A model generated the notes under the pieces. That model did no database searches. It worked only from the letters and a program-made list of their open reading frames with translations, and had not been told where the DNA came from. Shown piece by piece: positions 1 to 9,907 of a stretch of DNA of 64,000 nt. Position 1 is the first letter of the stretch. Each line of letters opens with the position of its first letter. The stretch lies in IMG/VR virus record IMGVR_UViG_3300025364_000002; one strand, written 5' to 3'. The translations under genes and the position numbers were made by a program. Origin of the DNA: a virus (lineage: Duplodnaviria > Heunggongvirae > Uroviricota > Caudoviricetes).

Positions 1-126
1 GCTTTTAGGGCTGGCCGCTTTTTGATTATACGACGATTATTTCTAACTTGCAATTTCTTGCACAGTTTTGCTTTTCGCCTATTCTTAGCCTTTTTCTGTT
101 TTTTCTTTTTGCTCATCGTTCTCAAA

Positions 127-164
127 CAAAGCCGACTAGAGAAAGCTCTAGTCGGCTTTTAAAA
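127..164. terminator. Perfect hairpin (gccgactagag-aaag-ctctagtcggc) flanked by A/T runs, immediately downstream of the minus gene 187..1242
   Basis: 11-bp stem with 4-nt loop read directly; T-run follows in both senses, so it could terminate transcription from either strand. Confidence 0.55.
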
Positions 165-186
165 GAAAGAAGTTTTCTACGGAGGC

Positions 187-1242
187 TCAGTGTCGTCGTG
201 TATATCGACGCTTGTGACGGGGGCTATTACGACCCTTCCTGGGCTTATATAGGTCATTCGGCGTCGGAAGCTCAGTTTCTTCTTCGACCGCATCATCGAA
301 AACTTTTGCAACTTGCGCTCGAACGTGTTCAAGGTGCTTCAACTTGAAGCTCCATGACTTAGTATCAGGATTGTACTTTCGATCGTCATATGGAACTTGC
401 TTAAGTCCGTTAATCAAGCCATACATATTTTCACCCTTCTTCCAAGGAAAGGAAAGGGTAAAATCTTCAGAGCGTAAACGAATTCGGGCGGTTGCCTTCT
501 TTTGTGGAGGCGGAACCGTTTGCACCATCTGCATCACCTGCTGAGGGTTTTTACTCTTCCAAGTATCAACCTGGTCCATAAGGTTTTCAAGGTCAGTATC
601 GTAAAAAGGCCAAAACTTTCGGACAATTTCAAAAAACTGCTCTGCTTCAGTAGCAGGTGCCGAATAGGGCGTTTTATCTCCACGATATCGTGGCGTGATA
701 ATGCCAGGAATCTTCTTCATTTGGAAGAAACCGGGCTTACAGGCGGTTCCAACAAGCCAAACACGTCCATTCTCAAACCAAACCCTTGCCTCGGATTTAG
801 AGGCATCACCAGCAAGAACACCGGCAAGACCAATGTAACCAAGAGCTTCTACAATCTTGATCAGTCGCTCTCTGAGCGTATCGCTCATCATGTAGCTAAG
901 AAAATAGTCTAGCTCACGGACTTCATCACGATAATCTGAGCCAGCCAACTTCATTGCCATAATGTCATCATTGGCCTTTTGTACTTGCTCGGACTTCTTC
1001 AAAAAAGAAGCCTTAAACGATTCAAAACGTTCCTGTAGTTCTACAGGAAGCTGATCAGCATGAGTGCCGAGAATTAGAGCGCCAGCAACGGGCAAATTCG
1101 CCTGAATGGTCTTGGCATAAAGATGATTATCCTTATTGCGACAAATCGGCCCAACACCACACTCCCGTGAAGCAGGGTCGGTCAATTCTTTGCGACAACG
1201 AGAACAGTGACGAAGCGTGATATCAGTAACAAGTCGAGGCAT
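187..1242 (-). CDS. Hypothetical protein with N-terminal Cys-rich zinc-finger-like segment (CSRCRKEL...CGVGPIC)
   Basis: 351-aa ORF; CxxC...CxxxxC near N-terminus; no catalytic motif recognised. Confidence 0.55.
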   Translation of the reverse strand: MPRLVTDITLRHCSRCRKELTDPASRECGVGPICRNKDNHLYAKTIQANLPVAGALILGTHADQLPVELQERFESFKASFLKKSEQVQKANDDIMAMKLAGSDYRDEVRELDYFLSYMMSDTLRERLIKIVEALGYIGLAGVLAGDASKSEARVWFENGRVWLVGTACKPGFFQMKKIPGIITPRYRGDKTPYSAPATEAEQFFEIVRKFWPFYDTDLENLMDQVDTWKSKNPQQVMQMVQTVPPPQKKATARIRLRSEDFTLSFPWKKGENMYGLINGLKQVPYDDRKYNPDTKSWSFKLKHLEHVRAQVAKVFDDAVEEETELPTPNDLYKPRKGRNSPRHKRRYTRRH

Positions 1243-1336
1243 CCGAACACTCCTTTTCTGGGTTTAGGTTAACACACGCACCCCAAGGAGTAAACCAAAT
1301 GTCCGATAAACGTATTTGTTTATCTATTAACTTAGT

Positions 1337-1717
1337 TCATTCGAAAATTTGGTATACAACCCAGGCAGAAATACCAAGAAAAGCTAGAAACAAAAATTTA
1401 TATGATACGGCGGGACCCATGATGACATTAAAAAGACCAAATAGTGCTGGCATGGCAATTAACCCAAGAATGATCCAGGCGCCGACCTTCATCCAATCCT
1501 TAGGATTGTGTGCAATTTTTGGTTCGACACTCGGGGCATCGTGAGTGAATTTTTTTGTTTGAGCTTTATTTTTATTTGCCCTAAGATTTGCGCCACTTTT
1601 CTTTTGTCTTAATTCGTCTTCAAGTTCAAGGACTCGCTGTATGGCAGCAGCCTTTTCTTCACGCATTTCATCCAATTTCTTAAGCAACTGTTCATGGGAA
1701 AATTCACGGTAGATCAT
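1337..1717 (-). CDS. Membrane protein with N-terminal coiled-coil and C-terminal transmembrane helices
   Basis: 126-aa ORF; charged heptad-like N-terminus, hydrophobic C-terminus (IILGLIAMPALFGLF..., FLFLAFLGISAWVVY). Confidence 0.45.
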   Translation of the reverse strand: MIYREFSHEQLLKKLDEMREEKAAAIQRVLELEDELRQKKSGANLRANKNKAQTKKFTHDAPSVEPKIAHNPKDWMKVGAWIILGLIAMPALFGLFNVIMGPAVSYKFLFLAFLGISAWVVYQIFE

Positions 1718-2097
1718 TCTTCACTCTCCAGAGTTGGGTTGCATAACTTTACCAGATGTTGCCGTTGAGTCCAAACCGTTTTTTTATCTATTAGAACTTT
1801 GTGCCAAAGATTTTCTTTACCTACCCAACAATCAACAATTATGCCTCGGGTGGCAAAGCGAAGACTCATCCAGCGACCTGTTTCGGCTTCAACTTTATCC
1901 TCGTGCTTATCGGCCTTTTTCACCGATTCGAAATCAAGGTATACTACTAAACTTTCAAGCCAATTGATTATATCTGTGGGGTTGTGACCAATTTCAAAAT
2001 CTGATGGTTCATTTAATTCGTAAAGGTCGGCATAATGATCCAAATATTCATCTTGAAATACAAAACGAACCAAAGTCCCATTTTCCAACTTATTCAT
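1714..2097 (-). CDS. Hypothetical protein
   Basis: 127-aa ORF; 4-nt start/stop overlap with downstream gene. Confidence 0.45.
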   Translation of the reverse strand: MNKLENGTLVRFVFQDEYLDHYADLYELNEPSDFEIGHNPTDIINWLESLVVYLDFESVKKADKHEDKVEAETGRWMSLRFATRGIIVDCWVGKENLWHKVLIDKKTVWTQRQHLVKLCNPTLESEE

Positions 2098-2377
2098 TTT
2101 TATCCAACACTAAGGCTTCTACTGAAACAGTATATAATTTCTCCTCGATAAGAATAACCGCATCCCATGAGGGAATTGGGCCGGTAATATCCCTAACGAC
2201 GTCAATAACCAACACTCTTTCTGTTTGTTTGATGATTAAAGGAATGGGGTTTGAAGCGACCCAGGTACGTCCAAATCCCTTTAAACGATATTCACGGATA
2301 ACACCAAAATTCTTCTGGATTTGGAAGGGTGACTGGATGAACAACTTGGCAAATTTTTCCCAAAAAGGCTGCTTCAA
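2090..2377 (-). CDS. Hypothetical protein
   Basis: 95-aa ORF in the co-directional array. Confidence 0.35.
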   Translation of the reverse strand: MKQPFWEKFAKLFIQSPFQIQKNFGVIREYRLKGFGRTWVASNPIPLIIKQTERVLVIDVVRDITGPIPSWDAVILIEEKLYTVSVEALVLDKNE

Positions 2378-2613
2378 TCGTTTCCCTTGGAAGATCCTTC
2401 ATTTTGCTCTCTTTCAACTTCTTCCACCTGTTTCTGAAACTTATACGTAAAAGAAACAAAGTCCGCAATGAAGTATGCCAGCGTTACAGCAATAATTGAC
2501 GCCACAAGTTCAGGCAAAAATATCACAAAAAACCCCTGAAGTAAGAGCATCAAGGGAATCATCATAAATAAAAGATAGAAAACTCTAAATAGAGCATTTT
2601 TGAGTTTGATCAT
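2374..2613 (-). CDS. Small membrane protein; start trimmed to an internal Met because the full ORF (to 2742) overlaps the upstream RNA ligase by 89 nt
   Basis: Hydrophobic segments (FYLLFMMIPLMLLLQGFFVIFL...). Confidence 0.35.
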   Translation of the reverse strand: MIKLKNALFRVFYLLFMMIPLMLLLQGFFVIFLPELVASIIAVTLAYFIADFVSFTYKFQKQVEEVEREQNEGSSKGND

Positions 2614-2653
2614 TGTTGTCGTTTCAAACAAGAACAACCGAAGCTTTTCAGCC

Positions 2654-3877
2654 TCAGTTTTCAAGGTGTTGCAAAACCGTATCGAGGAAGCTGTTTGACC
2701 AACCACCATCAACATGCCGCTTTGACTGAATCCAATCGACAAGACCGCTTACACGGCCCTGGTACTGCTCCATCATCGGCGCCATCCATCCCTTTCGGGC
2801 CTGAACAGCAAGCGCAAACATCTTACGATGCTCCTTGGAGCCCTTCTCATGGATCCAACCCCGACTTTCGTTCCATGCTGCAACCTCTGCAAGACAAGCC
2901 TCGTAAACATCACGATAGTTTGCCACCAGGTCACGGAATGATGCCTGCAACTTGTGTGCCCGATCCACAACGTGGTCCGGGAATAGCGGCAGTGCATCGT
3001 CGAGCTTCTCCAAAAGAAGCAACTCCACGAGTCCCCGAGGAGACTTCAATACCGAGTCACGAACCTTGTTCAGGGCAAGATAGCCGGCATTCTTAATCTT
3101 GATACGGCGAAAATGCTGGTCGCAGACCACAATTCCTTCGTGCTTTATCGGATCACATGAAGAAACAAAATCAACAAGTTCAGAAACTGAACCAAAACGA
3201 TAACGCTCTGCTGTTGGCGTCTTCACCTGAGCTTGAACAAAGGCCGGACGAAGTTCCTTACCTGTTGCCGTTTTGCGAGCAGCAAGCAAAGTAATGCTGT
3301 GTCCTTCATATTCAACAACGATACGATTCGCAGGACTGGTTAATTCAAACATGTAAGTTGTGTCACGAAATAGTTGTGCTGATGTCCACGATTCAAAATC
3401 TTTGCCGACAGTTTCTTCTAATGCTTTCTCAAAAAGGGTGCGAAAAGTATATTCACCAGATCCATCCACTGGAAGGTTTGCTTCTGGCAATGAGCGAGTT
3501 GCAACATGCCATTCATTCTTCACATCATCATAATAAACGATACAAAGCGTTCCGTCCATCTTTTCATAGAAGGAAGTTGCCGGATGATTAAAATCAACTT
3601 CGGCAGCCGCAGACTGTCCATAGTTGAAAAAACGATCAAATGATCGAGCCAATATAACTGTATCACCAATTGGACGAGTCAAATCAATCAACTCTTGAAT
3701 TTTGGTTGGTCGAAGAATAAGACCACGGCACTGCTGTGCCAGTAAGTCATCTTCACGAGATTCAATATGGTCATAGTTCAATGAAAACTTGTACTCGTGC
3801 ACACGAGCTTTGACGCCATGCTCACGCTCCAAGTCTTCAAGAGACTTGGTTTTCAAATACTCACGAACAAAAACCAT
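2654..3877 (-). CDS. ATP-dependent RNA ligase, Rnl1-like (covalent nucleotidyltransferase superfamily)
   Basis: Motif I KxDG (EKMDGT), motif IV EGIVV, motif V KIKN in correct order in a 407-aa protein. Confidence 0.75.
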   Translation of the reverse strand: MVFVREYLKTKSLEDLEREHGVKARVHEYKFSLNYDHIESREDDLLAQQCRGLILRPTKIQELIDLTRPIGDTVILARSFDRFFNYGQSAAAEVDFNHPATSFYEKMDGTLCIVYYDDVKNEWHVATRSLPEANLPVDGSGEYTFRTLFEKALEETVGKDFESWTSAQLFRDTTYMFELTSPANRIVVEYEGHSITLLAARKTATGKELRPAFVQAQVKTPTAERYRFGSVSELVDFVSSCDPIKHEGIVVCDQHFRRIKIKNAGYLALNKVRDSVLKSPRGLVELLLLEKLDDALPLFPDHVVDRAHKLQASFRDLVANYRDVYEACLAEVAAWNESRGWIHEKGSKEHRKMFALAVQARKGWMAPMMEQYQGRVSGLVDWIQSKRHVDGGWSNSFLDTVLQHLEN

Positions 3878-3900
3878 CTATTAGTTTCCTTAAGGTTGAT

Positions 3901-3931
3901 CAAAAATTATAGGGCTCATTTTGAGCCCTAT
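3901..3931 (-). terminator. Rho-independent terminator (hairpin atagggctc-atttt-gagccctat then T-run in minus sense)
   Basis: Hairpin and AATTTTTG read directly between genes 3963..4190 and 2654..3877. Confidence 0.5.
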
Positions 3932-3962
3932 ACCAAGCTTTTTTACTTAGAAAGAATTTGTA

Positions 3963-4190
3963 TTACGATACCATGTTTTCTGTCAAATCCTGAACAGGTC
4001 CCAAGTTAAAGCCTGCCGGGATCAGCAGCTTCTTTCCGGTCAAGACTCGACTCAATTCCAAACGAATTACATTACAACGAACATAATCCTTGCGGTCGCA
4101 AGCATTGATATACGCCTCATTAAGACCATCAATTTGATGGTTGATAGACTCGGGTACATTCCACATATTTTGCTCCAGGTTAGAAGTCAA
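3963..4190 (-). CDS. Hypothetical protein
   Basis: 75-aa ORF. Confidence 0.35.
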   Translation of the reverse strand: MTSNLEQNMWNVPESINHQIDGLNEAYINACDRKDYVRCNVIRLELSRVLTGKKLLIPAGFNLGPVQDLTENMVS

Positions 4191-4228
4191 CTAGTACACA
4201 TCATACAATATCATACCCAGCGTTTGGT

Positions 4229-4477
4229 TTAAACCGTTTGGTAAAACTCCTCAGCAACACAACAATATTGAAAAAATGTTCTTCTGCAAAAGTAGTGGTT
4301 TTTAATTTCCTTCCCCGTCAGGAAAAAACCATCAAATCCATTACCGTCATCATCCCAACAAACATGAGTAAAAAGCACGGGCTCATTGTTGAACCTTCCT
4401 GGCAAAACCAGAAGTTTGCCAATGAACCTACACGGGTTATCATGAAGTGGATTGCTAGTTTGAGACTTGAGTGCCAT
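4229..4477 (-). CDS. Hypothetical protein
   Basis: 82-aa ORF; shares stop/start boundary with the upstream phosphoesterase gene. Confidence 0.35.
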   Translation of the reverse strand: MALKSQTSNPLHDNPCRFIGKLLVLPGRFNNEPVLFTHVCWDDDGNGFDGFFLTGKEIKNHYFCRRTFFQYCCVAEEFYQTV

Positions 4478-5325
4478 TAATCAATCTCAAAAATTTTGTC
4501 AATTGCCGGATGACGATATCGAGCCCTGCCTGTTACACATCGAATATTTGGTGTAATTTGATTATCTGCGCCACCATGTGAGTGACCACAGAGAACTGTG
4601 ATATTTTTATGCTGATATTTATCAGCCACTGCTAAAAGCATGTCGCCCATGTGCCTGGACGAAAAATGAGGCATCCAATCATCATCGGATATTTTGCCGT
4701 CATAAGTAGAGTTTTCTCTAAATGGTGGAACGTGTGTTGCCACAAACACATGATCAAACTTTTTGAAAGCCTCATGAAGTTGCTCTTCAATATACTCGGC
4801 AGCCTCTTTTGCCAATTCGTTAATTTTAGCAAAACGAAGCTCTTTGGTTGGACAAGCACTATCTGCAAGTTCTTTAATGAGCAAATAATCATTCAAATAT
4901 ACTCTACTTTTAAACCAGTTGGCGTATTGCCCATCATACCAACCATCGTGACCAACCAATGCAATTTTTTCCGTGAGAGGAATTACACCAGAAGTATTGA
5001 GCCAGCCAAGACGAGCCTCCAAAATCATCTTGGAGGTTTCATCATAGGTAAAAAGCCTGCCCATTGTTTCACGGACGTTCTCAATGGAGCCGTTATAATA
5101 ATCGTGATTTCCCAAAACAAAGAAAATAGGGCATCTGTGCTCTAGGTTGTAATCCATGAAACCAAGATAATCTACAAGTGATGGTGCTTCGGCAATATCG
5201 CCAGTGATGACGATGGCCGAAGGTTCCTGAGCTTTTATCTTTCGACAAAAGGACTTAATCCCTTCCTCATGAACAAAATTCAAATGGATATCAGTCGCAA
5301 AAAGGAGCTTGAAATTGTCAGTCAT
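4477..5325 (-). CDS. Calcineurin-like metallophosphoesterase
   Basis: Signature D-x-H (ATDIHL), GDxxE (TGDIAE), GNHD(Y) motifs. Confidence 0.8.
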   Translation of the reverse strand: MTDNFKLLFATDIHLNFVHEEGIKSFCRKIKAQEPSAIVITGDIAEAPSLVDYLGFMDYNLEHRCPIFFVLGNHDYYNGSIENVRETMGRLFTYDETSKMILEARLGWLNTSGVIPLTEKIALVGHDGWYDGQYANWFKSRVYLNDYLLIKELADSACPTKELRFAKINELAKEAAEYIEEQLHEAFKKFDHVFVATHVPPFRENSTYDGKISDDDWMPHFSSRHMGDMLLAVADKYQHKNITVLCGHSHGGADNQITPNIRCVTGRARYRHPAIDKIFEID

Positions 5326-5443
5326 AGTACGTGTACTATAGCCTAAACTTTTTAAGTTTTAAAGTCTTTTGCAATGAAACAAAATTTCATAGAAATCTGC
5401 AATTTTGCATTTCTATTTTAGTTGAAGTAATATGTGCAATACC

Positions 5444-5914
5444 TTAGGTATTAATTGGAATCCCTGCTTTGATTAGTCTTTCGAATAATTTCATATTGTA
5501 GTGCTTATAGGAACACTCATCCCTAAGTAAAGCTTGGGCATTTACCCACATTGGCAACCCTTCACGGGTCATGCAATGCAATTTGCCGCCAACAATTTTT
5601 TGTGCAAAAAAAGTAAAAGATATCATTGTCCGACCAAGTCCAACATACAGAGGAATGAGAGAACTTTTTTCTACTAAAATACCAGTCTCTTCAAAACACT
5701 CTCGAACAGCAGCATCTTTTGCGGTTTCTTTTACTTCTAAATCTATTTTGCCGCCCGGCAATCCAATGTTTTCAAATTCTTTTCTTTTTGTTATTGCAAG
5801 TATGGAACCGTCCCCACTTGGATTTAGAACCAAAACACAGGCTGACTTTGCGTTAATGAGACCTTCATCAATTTCATTTTCGGTCATAAATGTATTGATA
5901 TTTAATCTATTCAC
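5444..5914 (-). CDS. Nudix hydrolase
   Basis: Nudix box GGKIDLEVKETAKDAAVRECFEETGI (Gx5Ex7REUxEExGU). Confidence 0.8.
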   Translation of the reverse strand: MNRLNINTFMTENEIDEGLINAKSACVLVLNPSGDGSILAITKRKEFENIGLPGGKIDLEVKETAKDAAVRECFEETGILVEKSSLIPLYVGLGRTMISFTFFAQKIVGGKLHCMTREGLPMWVNAQALLRDECSYKHYNMKLFERLIKAGIPINT

Positions 5915-6134
5915 CGTCTTCCCCTAAACTTTTATTGATTATGTTTTGGTGTTTTTTGTTGGTTTTTTCAACCAAACCTTCAAGAAGTAAGCCCAGAGGA
6001 GCTGAAATGAACCCCACCAGTATAACAAATGCAAGCGAAGCAGTGCTAAAATTAAGCAAAGTAGCGACTGTCGCTGCAACTATTGCACAAATGATTATGA
6101 CCGAAATAAAAACAAAATTTCCAATGTTTGACAT
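5907..6134 (-). CDS. Small membrane protein
   Basis: 75-aa ORF with two hydrophobic helices. Confidence 0.4.
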   Translation of the reverse strand: MSNIGNFVFISVIIICAIVAATVATLLNFSTASLAFVILVGFISAPLGLLLEGLVEKTNKKHQNIINKSLGEDGE

Positions 6135-6146
6135 AAATTTCCTTTA

Positions 6147-7121
6147 TTATAACCTACAGTTTTTCTTTTTCATCAAGAAGTCAATAAGGTTTTCACCCTC
6201 TTGATTTAAGAAATTGCGGTAATAAGCATTAGGATGAGAATTTTGCAAAGCAAGAATCGCCGCATCAATTCTTTTTGGGTGAAGCAAATTTGCCCAATAG
6301 CCTTTGATTGTAAACAGAAACGAATTTATTTCTGGGAACGGTATAACCGTCTGTCGTTCAAAGCGAAGATAAACTTGTTGATCGTCATTCCAAGTCCATT
6401 TGTTTTCTACAAATTTATTTGGATGCAAATTCAAAACCCTGTCAGAACGAAAAGAGATAGCACCAACCCTTTGAACTGGTGTACCCATGCGAATTATTCC
6501 ATTTACCATAGCGGATGGATTTTTAATGATTGGACGTCCGTCAACCTTCGTTACACGCTCATGAATCTGAGCAAAGGATTTGCCCACAACAGTCGAAGCA
6601 CTCCAGCCAGCGGGCGACATTAAATGAGCGGTAGAAACAAAATCATTCCCGTCTGAATTTACCGAGCAAATAACAAGATCTTCTGGGACTTGCATAGCCA
6701 ATGCATCTAAAGCATCAGCATAGTCGGGCTTGTTTCCAAATAAATCTTCAGCACCGATAAGTTCGTAATCTTTATCAAACTGAATAAACTCCAACTTAAA
6801 CGCAACCCAAAGCTTGTTGTTGTTTTCATGCCATTTGAACAAATGAGGATAATCAGTACAAAGCCGATCAATAATGAACCTGATAATTGGTGCTCGATTT
6901 ATAGCTCCCGCAAACTGATAATAACTAGATAAATCTTCTTTATGAGATTTGTTTTTGTTATCCATGAACCAAGAGTGAAATTCATCAATTTGAAAGATGT
7001 TTCTGTGTTTTTGTGGAACTGCTGCAAGTTTTGTCATCACAGCAGAAGAAGGTGGAAGGCTCCCACCCTTTAGGGGGTAATAATCTAAAACATCAGTATC
7101 TTCCAACATAGGAATCCTCAT
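6147..7121 (-). CDS. Hypothetical protein
   Basis: 324-aa ORF; no motif recognised. Confidence 0.55.
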   Translation of the reverse strand: MRIPMLEDTDVLDYYPLKGGSLPPSSAVMTKLAAVPQKHRNIFQIDEFHSWFMDNKNKSHKEDLSSYYQFAGAINRAPIIRFIIDRLCTDYPHLFKWHENNNKLWVAFKLEFIQFDKDYELIGAEDLFGNKPDYADALDALAMQVPEDLVICSVNSDGNDFVSTAHLMSPAGWSASTVVGKSFAQIHERVTKVDGRPIIKNPSAMVNGIIRMGTPVQRVGAISFRSDRVLNLHPNKFVENKWTWNDDQQVYLRFERQTVIPFPEINSFLFTIKGYWANLLHPKRIDAAILALQNSHPNAYYRNFLNQEGENLIDFLMKKKNCRL

Positions 7122-7672
7122 TTGTTCATGTTTTCCGTTTTGGTTCTAAGGCCAATGAGTTTATGTTTCACGAATTTCTTATGACTTTTCAATGCCTGAG
7201 AAAATCTTGGTTCAGCAAGCCCTGTTCCATAACTCCAGGAAAGTGTGTTGTATTTTGCATTATTCCAAACTCGATTGCCGTATGAGCCGATTTCTATGTC
7301 GTCAACTTTCCAATCGAATCCGATTTCCGTTTCTTCTGCGGTCAAAGAAACACCTTCGCTGACAAAAAAATCCCCAGCCAAAGCCATTATTTCATCTGCT
7401 TTACAGTAAGGATCTTCTGAATAAAGCTCCACCTTCATGAACCAAGGCTGGTGTAAATCATCCTTGGGTTGATGGTCTCTAAAACATGGAGTGACAGCTA
7501 CAAGTTTTTTGCTGGTGTATTTACCATATCCACCATTTACAAATGCTAGAAATGATTGCTCAGCTGAGCCAACCAAAGTGCCCATTGAAGTTTGGAAACA
7601 GTTGTCCTGCGGAGAGTCATCTGGATACGTTATTTGAACAAATCTATCGTCAACAATCCATGGAACTTCCAC
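7118..7672 (-). CDS. Hypothetical protein
   Basis: 184-aa ORF; ATGA overlap with downstream gene. Confidence 0.5.
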   Translation of the reverse strand: MEVPWIVDDRFVQITYPDDSPQDNCFQTSMGTLVGSAEQSFLAFVNGGYGKYTSKKLVAVTPCFRDHQPKDDLHQPWFMKVELYSEDPYCKADEIMALAGDFFVSEGVSLTAEETEIGFDWKVDDIEIGSYGNRVWNNAKYNTLSWSYGTGLAEPRFSQALKSHKKFVKHKLIGLRTKTENMNK

Positions 7673-7726
7673 ATACCCAAACCTTTACTTTCATAAAAGG
7701 AAACGGCACGGGCAATCCTCCCCCAA

Positions 7727-8017
7727 TCAATCTTCTTCGTCCTGATCGGATGATTCATCTGCTTCCCTTTCTACTCTATTGCCATCCTTGAAAGCTTCAG
7801 CTGTACGTTCATTCATCAAACGAAGATCTTCCATGGTAATACTTGGATGGTGCTTTTCCAAATAACCTTTAATTGCTCCATAAAGATCGGAAAGTTCTGT
7901 TAGAAGCATGATTTCCACACCTTGTTCTTTGGCATCCAGTGCTTCTATCATCTCTTCTTTGATTTTAGAGAAGTCGCCGTATTTGCCACGAGGTATTTTT
8001 CTTTTATGATACCCCAT
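7727..8017 (-). CDS. MazG-like nucleotide pyrophosphohydrolase (small, all-alpha)
   Basis: EExxE...ELSDLYG pattern (IKEEMIEALDA...ELSDLYGAI), typical of the MazG/HisE fold. Confidence 0.45.
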   Translation of the reverse strand: MGYHKRKIPRGKYGDFSKIKEEMIEALDAKEQGVEIMLLTELSDLYGAIKGYLEKHHPSITMEDLRLMNERTAEAFKDGNRVEREADESSDQDEED

Positions 8018-8338
8018 TTATCCACCCATTTTCTCGTATTCGGACCAGTATGCCTCCTCAATCGGATCAGGAATGGCAGTTGAACCTTGCTCATATCCGT
8101 TTTCGTTGAGCCATTTTTCTACTCTACTCCACTCGTCAAGTTTAATTAAACCATCAAATTTTCCACCACCAACCCGGTTGGTTATGAATTTAATTTTATT
8201 GTCAATCATCCACTGGTAAAAGAGCGTGCAATCTTGATGATGTTGTTTGTTAACCTTATATGGGTCCCGCTCTGGAGAAGCTACTGTAATCCAAATATAG
8301 GCACCAGCCTCCCACTTAACACTTTTCTTTTCACTCAT
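8018..8338 (-). CDS. Hypothetical protein
   Basis: 106-aa ORF. Confidence 0.45.
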   Translation of the reverse strand: MSEKKSVKWEAGAYIWITVASPERDPYKVNKQHHQDCTLFYQWMIDNKIKFITNRVGGGKFDGLIKLDEWSRVEKWLNENGYEQGSTAIPDPIEEAYWSEYEKMGG

Positions 8339-8741
8339 TTTTGAATCCTGTAGCGTGCTTCATCTTGCGGTAAATTTTTGATTCAATGCGGTCACCTTCA
8401 ACAAGGTAATACCATGGTTTGGCACGGCCCCAGGTGAAAAACAGTGCCTTAACCGGTCCTTCAACAATTTCTTGAATTTTGTGAAAATTATTTCTTGTCA
8501 TTAATGACACAGTTCCTGGGGATTTGCGAAAGAGACCCTTCAGCCCTTTTGAAATATATGAGCCCCGCAGAACAACAGTAATGAAGTTCCAAGGATGGCT
8601 GTGTAAATGAAAATCTTGATCGGCTTTATGTATGGTGTGAACATAAAGGCCAAAAAATGTAGTTTGAATAATTGCATATCTTTCGAAATGCAATTCGCCT
8701 TTCCTACTTCGTATCTCTTTAACTTTTTGGAAAATTTTCAT
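8331..8741 (-). CDS. Hypothetical protein
   Basis: 136-aa ORF. Confidence 0.45.
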   Translation of the reverse strand: MKIFQKVKEIRSRKGELHFERYAIIQTTFFGLYVHTIHKADQDFHLHSHPWNFITVVLRGSYISKGLKGLFRKSPGTVSLMTRNNFHKIQEIVEGPVKALFFTWGRAKPWYYLVEGDRIESKIYRKMKHATGFKNE

Positions 8742-8750
8742 AATGTTTAG

Positions 8751-8826
8751 CCAGACCTGCGGGATTTGAACCTATGTTCTCTGATTTGAAAGGTCGTTGC
8801 GTTAGTCTTCTATACTACGGGACTGT
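8751..8826 (-). tRNA. tRNA-like element with a canonical T-loop (GGTTCAAATCC) and a D-arm-like TAGT-ATAGAAG-ACTA; the full cloverleaf could not be closed by hand
   Basis: Reverse complement read directly; acceptor pairing is imperfect (two mismatches). Confidence 0.3.
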
Positions 8827-8856
8827 ATTTAATTTTCATTCAAATGATGATGGTTG

Positions 8857-9492
8857 TTACATATCATCATCAAATTCCTCATCATCTTGTTCAAAGTCAT
8901 CGTAATCCTCAATGAAATCCTCGATACGGATAAATACAACCTTGACACCGACGATTTGTCCACTGTTGTCTCGTGATACATAGCAATCATATGCACCGTC
9001 GCCGAACCCCGATGAAGAAACAACTCCACCATCTAAGACGCCGGCGCCAAGAGCTGATAAAGTAGTCTCACAGGCATTATCATACCAACCACCATCGCCA
9101 TATTCGTCTTGCCCACCACCAAATTTAGCTACATCATAGATGCCAGCTTGACCCGAGTCAACGCCAACAGTAATATCGGTTTTTTCTGAAAAACCCATGT
9201 TTTGTGAATAATGATCAAGGTGAACAGCTTGTACAGACCAGCAGCGATTGCCCCAATCTGTCTTGCCTTTCTGAACAAAACCTTTCCAAATTCCGTTCTT
9301 AACATTACCCAAAGCGCCTGCACACCAAGTACCTGGCGAATAACAAGGATCGGAAACAACAAGCTTTCCTGAGTCGACATTAAACGTCCCAAGCTCAATT
9401 GTTTTTTCGGGGAAATATCGTGGATGTGTAGTATAGACCATTTTCATTCTCCAACAGGAAAGATTGTTCCTACAGGGGCAGGCTGCCGCCAA
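8857..9492 (-). CDS. Hypothetical Gly/Asp-rich protein with acidic C-terminal tail
   Basis: 211-aa ORF; C-terminus EDFIEDYDDFEQDDEEFDDDM. Confidence 0.5.
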   Translation of the reverse strand: MAAACPCRNNLSCWRMKMVYTTHPRYFPEKTIELGTFNVDSGKLVVSDPCYSPGTWCAGALGNVKNGIWKGFVQKGKTDWGNRCWSVQAVHLDHYSQNMGFSEKTDITVGVDSGQAGIYDVAKFGGGQDEYGDGGWYDNACETTLSALGAGVLDGGVVSSSGFGDGAYDCYVSRDNSGQIVGVKVVFIRIEDFIEDYDDFEQDDEEFDDDM

Positions 9493-9878
9493 GGCGGCTC
9501 GTCGCTGTCTTTAAACAGCCAAACCTCCTCTCCAAACTCATTTGTGAGCGGGAAATTAAATTCACATTCCATTAATGTTTGGATTTTTTGAAGGACATAA
9601 TCTTGCCAAAAACTTACGATAATTTCTCGACTTTCGAGAAGCTCTTTAGTTTCCAAAGTAGGCTCAATGTGATATTCACCATATTCGTCTAGCTTCAGAA
9701 TCCATTTTGCATTAAATGCAATATCTGGCACATATTCGCTTTGAACATAATTTAATTCGCAAATTTGAACATAGGCACGGTCATAATATGACTCTGTGAA
9801 ATCTTCACAGTTGCCCAGGGCGTTTGAGACACGGCCGTCCAAGTTGACAAAATCACATTTTCCAATCTTGTATCCCAT
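9444..9878 (-). CDS. Hypothetical protein
   Basis: 144-aa ORF. Confidence 0.45.
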   Translation of the reverse strand: MGYKIGKCDFVNLDGRVSNALGNCEDFTESYYDRAYVQICELNYVQSEYVPDIAFNAKWILKLDEYGEYHIEPTLETKELLESREIIVSFWQDYVLQKIQTLMECEFNFPLTNEFGEEVWLFKDSDEPPWRQPAPVGTIFPVGE

Positions 9879-9907
9879 AACAACATCCTATCATCAACGG
9901 ATAAAGT

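Noticed and set aside
48-347. Plus-strand ORFs at the window start (48..347, 344..544, 502..912)
   Set aside because: Overlap the terminator hairpin and the minus-strand gene 187..1242; hydrophobic low-complexity translations typical of antisense noise
4651-5145. 164-aa plus ORF
   Set aside because: Antisense to the well-supported metallophosphoesterase gene
5326-5443. AT-rich intergenic region with short palindromes (ATGAAACAAAATTTCAT; TGCAATTTTGCA) upstream of the Nudix gene
   Set aside because: Plausibly promoter or operator sequence, but no clear -35/-10 match could be assigned by eye; not enough to call a specific regulatory site
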